A stretch of DNA of 32,000 bases from Candidatus Babelota bacterium (GTDB lineage: Bacteria > Babelota > Babeliae > Babelales > Vermiphilaceae). The stretch is taken from positions 840,001-872,000 of the forward strand of contig JBDHVY010000001.1 in NCBI GenBank assembly GCA_039809905.1. Reading direction: 5' to 3'. Made by a program: the position numbers and the translations under genes. Positions 27,179 to 32,000 of the stretch are shown here, piece after piece. Position 1 is the first letter of the stretch, and every line of letters starts with the position of its first letter. The notes under the pieces were generated by a model that saw only the letters and a list, made by a program, of their open reading frames with translations, had not been told where the DNA came from and searched no databases.

Positions 27179-27213
27179 CGCGCTCATCCTGAACTTGTTG
27201 AAGGATAAGCGCG
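27179..27213. repeat. REP-like palindromic hairpin
   Basis: CGCGCTcATCCT-GAACTTGTTGA-AGGATaAGCGCG in the sbcD/glmU intergenic region. Confidence 0.55.
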
Positions 27214-27250
27214 TGATTAAGACTGATTAGGGGGTAGTATCGAAAAAAGT

Positions 27251-28723
27251 CTATTGCTCATCAGTGTGGTTATCTGGATGAATTAATCGTGCGCCAATGA
27301 ATGAAAACTCATCAGACTCAGTTTTTTCAGCAGCTTTGTGCGATATTGTTTTATTTTTTAATTTTGTTGCATAATCAGCTTTATTGATTTGATGAGATCG
27401 CGCAATTGCTAGTGCATTATCAGCAACATCGTAGGTGATTGTTGAGCCTGCTGCAGTGAATGCATTGTTACCAATGGTAATAGGTGCAACAAGAGTATTA
27501 TTACTTCCGATAAATGCATTATCTTCAATAATTGTTTTATGTTTGTTGGTGCCATCATAATTACACGTAATTGTTCCTGCTCCGATATTCACGTGAGATC
27601 CAATAGTTGCATCACCAATATACGCAAGATGTTTTGCTTTTGAATGAGCATCAACAGTGCTATTTTTTACTTCAACAAAATTACCAATTGCGCTGTTTTG
27701 ACCTATCGTTGTTTGTGATCGTAGATGGGCAAAAGGGCCAACTTGTGCGTGTGATTGTATAAAAGAGTTTTTGATAACGCAATGAGAGTGAACTATTACA
27801 TTATCTTCTACTATGACGTTATCTAATGATGAATGTTCATTGACAATGGAATTTCTTCCAATAATAGTGTTTCCTTTCAGATACACATATCCACCAATGA
27901 AAGAACCGGCGCCAATAACAACCTCTAAATCAATGTGTGTTTGTTGAGGAAACGAAAAACGCACACCATTATCCATCCAATAATTAATAAGTTTACGGCG
28001 TTGTATTTCTTCAACTTTATATAATTCTTGAAATGTATTGATGCCACGAATGGTATCAAAAGGTGCTTGTAAGGTGGCAACAGTAAGATTGTTTTCACTT
28101 GCTATTTTAACCAGATCAGTAATGTAAAATTCTTTACTTGCATTGTTATCATTTAATGTTGCAATGTAATTTTCTAGAAAATCTTTTTTAATCAGATAAA
28201 TACCAGCATTAATGCAACAATGTTTGCTGATGTCACCAGTAAAATCTTTTGCTTCAACGATGGCAATACGATTATCTTCTTTTACAATTCTACCGTATCC
28301 TTTTCCTGTTTCATCAGTGCAACATGATCTGACAAAGCTAATAGCAGCATTATTTTTTATATGTTCTTCATAAAGCATGGTAATGATGTCTGCAGTGATA
28401 AGGGGAACATCAGCATTAAGTACAAGAATATGATTTTTTTTCCATGATGCTTTGGTGCATGCAAGGGCATGTCCGGTGCCTTCTTGTTTTTCTTGTACAA
28501 CAAATTCGATAGTTTCAGTGTGTTGTTTTGCAATAAGATTTCTGACTATTTCCTGTTGATATCCTACAACGATGGTAGTTGCTATATTAAGTTGTGCAAG
28601 CAATTTAGTTGGATAAAGAATCATTGCTTGACCACAAATTGCTTCGGCAAGTTTTGTTGTATCGGTGTTAAAACGAGTTGATTTTCCCGCAGCTAAAATA
28701 ATTGCTTGAACATTATTATTCAT
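27251..28723 (-). CDS. glmU: Bifunctional N-acetylglucosamine-1-phosphate uridyltransferase / glucosamine-1-phosphate acetyltransferase
   Basis: IILAAGKSTRF nucleotidyltransferase motif, hexapeptide-repeat C-terminus, and GAGTITCNYDGTNKHKTIIEDNAFIGSN. Likely start at 28723 (MNNNVQAIILAAGKS); track start is 28747. Confidence 0.95.
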   Translation of the reverse strand: MNNNVQAIILAAGKSTRFNTDTTKLAEAICGQAMILYPTKLLAQLNIATTIVVGYQQEIVRNLIAKQHTETIEFVVQEKQEGTGHALACTKASWKKNHILVLNADVPLITADIITMLYEEHIKNNAAISFVRSCCTDETGKGYGRIVKEDNRIAIVEAKDFTGDISKHCCINAGIYLIKKDFLENYIATLNDNNASKEFYITDLVKIASENNLTVATLQAPFDTIRGINTFQELYKVEEIQRRKLINYWMDNGVRFSFPQQTHIDLEVVIGAGSFIGGYVYLKGNTIIGRNSIVNEHSSLDNVIVEDNVIVHSHCVIKNSFIQSHAQVGPFAHLRSQTTIGQNSAIGNFVEVKNSTVDAHSKAKHLAYIGDATIGSHVNIGAGTITCNYDGTNKHKTIIEDNAFIGSNNTLVAPITIGNNAFTAAGSTITYDVADNALAIARSHQINKADYATKLKNKTISHKAAEKTESDEFSFIGARLIHPDNHTDEQ

Positions 28724-28886
28724 ATCATTTTTCTCGATTAATAGCATTAATCACTAACGTATTTATTATGTAATTTTGGCATTAGTGTATCATGAAATTT
28801 CAAAATTTTCATACATCTTTACTATTCAAGAAATTATAGTACAGTTATTGCTTAATTTTGGGTTAACTTACAAAAAGGAAAGCACG

Positions 28887-29783
28887 ATGAAGCACATAAC
28901 ATTTTTATTATGTTGCATGATAATAATGAATATGAATGCAATGCTAATTCAATCTTTGCCTAAAGAACTAATGTTAATTCAATCTTTTCCTGAAGAAATA
29001 AATACTAGAGTTGTTCAAGATATTCCACTATCACCATGGCTTGAAACATTAGAGGAAGTTAATGATGTTATGAAATGCCTGGCTCGCCTAAATAATTCCT
29101 GGCGTTCATATATTAATGATTCAAAAAATACACTTTCTTTAATCAAAGAACTTTCAAAAAGATTTGGTGTATCTGATATTGAAGTGGCAGGGAAACTATC
29201 TATAAAAGATGCACAATCGCGTTATGCTATCCAAACTAGTGTCTTTGCTGTTTGGGAGAGATCAGATGAAACAATCATTCATAGGCATTTGGATAGACTA
29301 GCTTCGAAACTAGATTTAAATTTTACTTATTCAGGTGATTTTTGCGAAGAATCTACCTTGTTAATCTCCGCAGTTTATTCATCAAAAATTGCTATAGCAA
29401 AATGGTTAATACAAAAAGGCGTCGATATTAATAAATGTAATGAATGTAATGAAAGGAAGCTAAATCCTGTTATGGCAGCACTCATTCGTTGTCCAGAAAA
29501 CATGATCAGTTTGTTATTTAATCAGCCATCATTGGATTGTAATAGTGTTGATGGTTATGGTAATACCTTATTGCATTATTGTATTCATAGTCCTCATTGC
29601 TCATCTCAATGTGGTAATCAAAAATTTGAGATAATGGTTCCAATAATCAAAAAATTACTTGAAAAAGGCATTGATCGTAATGCAGTGGACAATGATGGAA
29701 AAACAGCTTTAGATATTGCCAACTCTTATACATTCAAATATGAACCATTTTTGAAAATTTTAAATTCTAAACAGAACTCATAA
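28887..29783 (+). CDS. Predicted-exported F-box-like plus ankyrin-repeat protein, paralog 1
   Basis: Likely start at 28887 (MKHITFLLCCMIIMNMNAM) after AAAGGAAAG; the track starts at 28776. F-box-like SFPEEINTRVVQD...EEVNDVMKCLARLNNSWRSYI; ankyrin segments DGYGNTLLHYC and LLEKGIDRNAVDNDGKTALDIA. Confidence 0.8.
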   Translation: MKHITFLLCCMIIMNMNAMLIQSLPKELMLIQSFPEEINTRVVQDIPLSPWLETLEEVNDVMKCLARLNNSWRSYINDSKNTLSLIKELSKRFGVSDIEVAGKLSIKDAQSRYAIQTSVFAVWERSDETIIHRHLDRLASKLDLNFTYSGDFCEESTLLISAVYSSKIAIAKWLIQKGVDINKCNECNERKLNPVMAALIRCPENMISLLFNQPSLDCNSVDGYGNTLLHYCIHSPHCSSQCGNQKFEIMVPIIKKLLEKGIDRNAVDNDGKTALDIANSYTFKYEPFLKILNSKQNS

Positions 29784-29806
29784 AAAGGTGATTCGCAAGG
29801 AATGGC

Positions 29807-30745
29807 ATGAAAAAAATAATAATCTTATTATGTTGCATGATAATAATGCATATCAATGCAATGATGAATCCAGAGATATCCGAAAAAAACAAAATAAAAC
29901 TTACAGAATTACCTCAAGAAATCAAGATTATGATTGTTAATGATGTTATTTTGTCTCCGTCGCTGCAAACACCAGAAGAAGTTAATGATGTTATGAAATC
30001 TTTGGCCCGCGTAAATGAATCATGGAAGAAATTTATTACCAATTCAGAAAATACACTTTCTTTAATCAAAGGCCTTTCGGGTAGATTCGGTCTATCTAAT
30101 ATGGAAATAACAAAAAAATTATCTATAAAAAAGGCACGATCACGTTATACAATACAAACAGCAGCGTTGTGTGGTTGGAATAAAGACAATGCTCCTTTTA
30201 TCTACGACAACTTAGATAGGTTGTTTAAAGATGGGCTTGATCTCAATTTTACTTATGATGATGATTGTACGCTGTTATTAAAACCTGCTTTTGCGAATGA
30301 ACGAGAGCATACAGGACATGCTCCTTGTGATCTCTTTTATGACGGGTATTTCAAGGTCAGTAAGTGGTTAATTGATCATGGAGCAGATATTAATGTAATC
30401 ACCAAAGATGGAAAAAGTGCATCAATATTGATTTTTTCCATTTTTAATAAACCGCTTATTGAATTGTTTTTAAATCATCCAAAATTTAAGATCCATTATC
30501 AAGATAATGAAGGGAACACGGTATTACATTGTTGTTTTCAGCAAAGACTTAGGTATGGCCACATTTATGGTGATAATTTTAGTTTAGAATTACATGACAA
30601 TATTTATTCTGTGGTAGAAAAATTAATAGGAATGGGAGCAGATCCTCGTCTGTGTAATAAGCGAGGAAAAACTTCTTTTGATCTTGCAAAAGAAACGGGC
30701 TATGAACCGTTTTTGAAAATTTTAGATTCTCACTATAATTCGTAA
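29807..30745 (+). CDS. Predicted-exported F-box-like plus ankyrin-repeat protein, paralog 2
   Basis: 312 aa. MKKIIILLCCMIIMHINAM; TELPQEIKIMIVND...EEVNDVMKSLARVNESWKKFI; ankyrin segments LIDHGADINVITKDGKSA, DNEGNTVLHCC and LIGMGADPRLCNKRGKTSFDLAKETGYEPFLKIL. Confidence 0.8.
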   Translation: MKKIIILLCCMIIMHINAMMNPEISEKNKIKLTELPQEIKIMIVNDVILSPSLQTPEEVNDVMKSLARVNESWKKFITNSENTLSLIKGLSGRFGLSNMEITKKLSIKKARSRYTIQTAALCGWNKDNAPFIYDNLDRLFKDGLDLNFTYDDDCTLLLKPAFANEREHTGHAPCDLFYDGYFKVSKWLIDHGADINVITKDGKSASILIFSIFNKPLIELFLNHPKFKIHYQDNEGNTVLHCCFQQRLRYGHIYGDNFSLELHDNIYSVVEKLIGMGADPRLCNKRGKTSFDLAKETGYEPFLKILDSHYNS

Positions 30746-30847
30746 AAATTGGATTCATGATTTTTAATTTTTCTGCATGTGTCCTGTACTTTCAAAAAAG
30801 CGAAAATACGCTATGATATACAGAACAAGAATTCTCAACAATGTTTG

Positions 30848-30905
30848 CCCCAACTTTCTGATTCTGCAATTGGGGTCCCCGCGCGGAGAGTAGCGTAGTG
30901 TGGGG
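30848..30905. repeat. Intergenic GGGGTCCCC dyad element, copy C
   Basis: CCCCAACTTTCTGATTCTGCAATTGGGGTCCCCGCGCGGAGAGTAGCGTAGTGTGGGG, followed by TATAAT. The 10-mer TGGGGTATAA is shared exactly with 17461..17470. Confidence 0.6.
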
Positions 30906-30923
30906 TATAATTAGGGTAGTTCA

Positions 30924-32000
30924 ATGTCGAAAAAATGCTTTCTTATAATAATTCTTTTGTGTGTAACACAAATAAATCGTGCAGAAATATACGATAATAG
31001 ATTTATTCCTTTATTTGCGCCACAGCAATTTTTTGTTGAAGATTTACCATCTTCATATGAATGTAGTTTTCAAGCAATAACGGCGAGTCAAGCTTTTGCG
31101 CGTGATGAAAAAGTTGTTGGTATTCCAGAATTGTTTGGAATATTTGATTTAAATACGCTTGCCACTTCTTTGCTTGAAATTACCGGAGAAAGTCCATTGC
31201 GTTCTGATTTGCTTGGAAGGGAACTTCCTTTTGCCGTTAATGGACGTATTCAAGGAGAAGGTTTTTTTATGCGATATTACCAAAGCCTAGGTAAACATTT
31301 TGCATTTGGAGCTAATCTCTTATTCCTTAAAACAAATTCACGTCAGACTTTTGAATTGGATCGAGAAAAAGCAAGAAATTTAAGACCTGGTGATATTGCA
31401 GAAATTAATCAGGCCCGGCGTGTAGCATTCCAAGAAATTGGTATTGTTGAAAATGATGCACCACAACATGGCATTGGTGATATCGATATTTTCATTCGTG
31501 GTGGCAGTACATGGGATTATGTATTAAAATGTCGTAAAATTTGGGCTGGATTATCGCTTGGTGGATATATTCCAACCGGTGTCAAAACAGAGATTTGCAA
31601 TGCAGCATCAATACCTTATGGTGGCAATGGTTTTGGTGGAATATACGTGAAAGGTGATGCGCTTTTTGAGTTAAAAGAGGATATTAAAGTTGGATTTTTG
31701 TTACAAGTTAGTAAGCGATTTGCGCGTACAACCTGTGTTCGTATGCCAATGGTTGCAAGTGAACCATATATTTTTGGACCAATTATTGGTAATGCTCATA
31801 TTAATCCCGGTCCAACATTAGCATTTTCGCCCTATTTTATTTTAGAAAACTTACGAGCTGGTCTTGGTGCTGGAGTACATTATACGCTTACATCACATTG
31901 GAAAGATTCATGGTGTGATGCGCGTAAAAATCCTCAGTTTCCGGTAGATCTATCACAAGTGATGAGAACATCCAAGTGGGGATCAGATTATTTTACCGTT
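30924..32000 (+). CDS. Predicted-exported outer-membrane/beta-barrel-like protein, truncated by the right window edge
   Basis: Not in the ORF track. Open from the ATG at 30924 to the end (359 codons). Start MSKKCFLIIILLCVTQINRAEIYDNRFIPLF; later alternating-hydrophobicity strands such as FGANLLFLKTNSRQTFEL, GDIDIFIRGGSTWDYVL and IWAGLSLGGYIPTG. Confidence 0.65.
   Translation, partial: MSKKCFLIIILLCVTQINRAEIYDNRFIPLFAPQQFFVEDLPSSYECSFQAITASQAFARDEKVVGIPELFGIFDLNTLATSLLEITGESPLRSDLLGRELPFAVNGRIQGEGFFMRYYQSLGKHFAFGANLLFLKTNSRQTFELDREKARNLRPGDIAEINQARRVAFQEIGIVENDAPQHGIGDIDIFIRGGSTWDYVLKCRKIWAGLSLGGYIPTGVKTEICNAASIPYGGNGFGGIYVKGDALFELKEDIKVGFLLQVSKRFARTTCVRMPMVASEPYIFGPIIGNAHINPGPTLAFSPYFILENLRAGLGAGVHYTLTSHWKDSWCDARKNPQFPVDLSQVMRTSKWGSDYFTV

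Noticed and set aside
28469-28681. 70-aa plus-strand ORF
   Set aside because: Antisense within glmU.
1-32000. CRISPR arrays, tRNA/rRNA genes, transposases, toxin-antitoxin pairs or anti-phage defence islands
   Set aside because: I looked for regular direct repeats, tRNA-like cloverleafs and family motifs and found none convincing. The window gives no support for a defence system or a mobile island. A genome-scale tRNAscan/CRISPRCas/IS search would be needed to be sure.

Overview
This is a 32 kb AT-rich bacterial chromosomal window. Its gene style suggests an intracellular or protist-associated lineage, and Candidatus Dependentiae/TM6 is my best guess (inference only). It mixes conserved housekeeping genes with many small predicted-exported proteins that I cannot name. 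The recognisable genes are mraY, an APC permease, a SpoU-family methyltransferase, tgt, a PutP-like symporter, a YhhQ-like transporter, murB, a TrhO-like rhodanese, an MIP channel, pheT, lspA, a ComF-like protein, two SurA/PrsA-like proteins, an SbcD-like nuclease and glmU. I see no convincing CRISPR array, transposase, phage module, rRNA, tRNA or defence island. The best leads are: (1) an AAA+ ATPase with an N-terminal signal-peptide-like segment (24793..25794, -); (2) a tandem pair of exported, F-box-like plus ankyrin-repeat paralogs (28887..30745, +), with a third exported ankyrin-like gene cut by the left edge; (3) a recurrent GC-rich dyad element, GGGGTCCCC-N20/21-GGGG, directly 5' of mraY, pheT and a barrel-like ORF; (4) a short ORF next to the permease that continues in the -1 frame across an A6 run; (5) a tgt/yhhQ neighbourhood whose Tgt has a pocket motif suggestive of queuine salvage; (6) an MIP channel whose second NPA motif is followed by Val instead of Arg. 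All homology calls come from reading the translated sequence. No database search was run.
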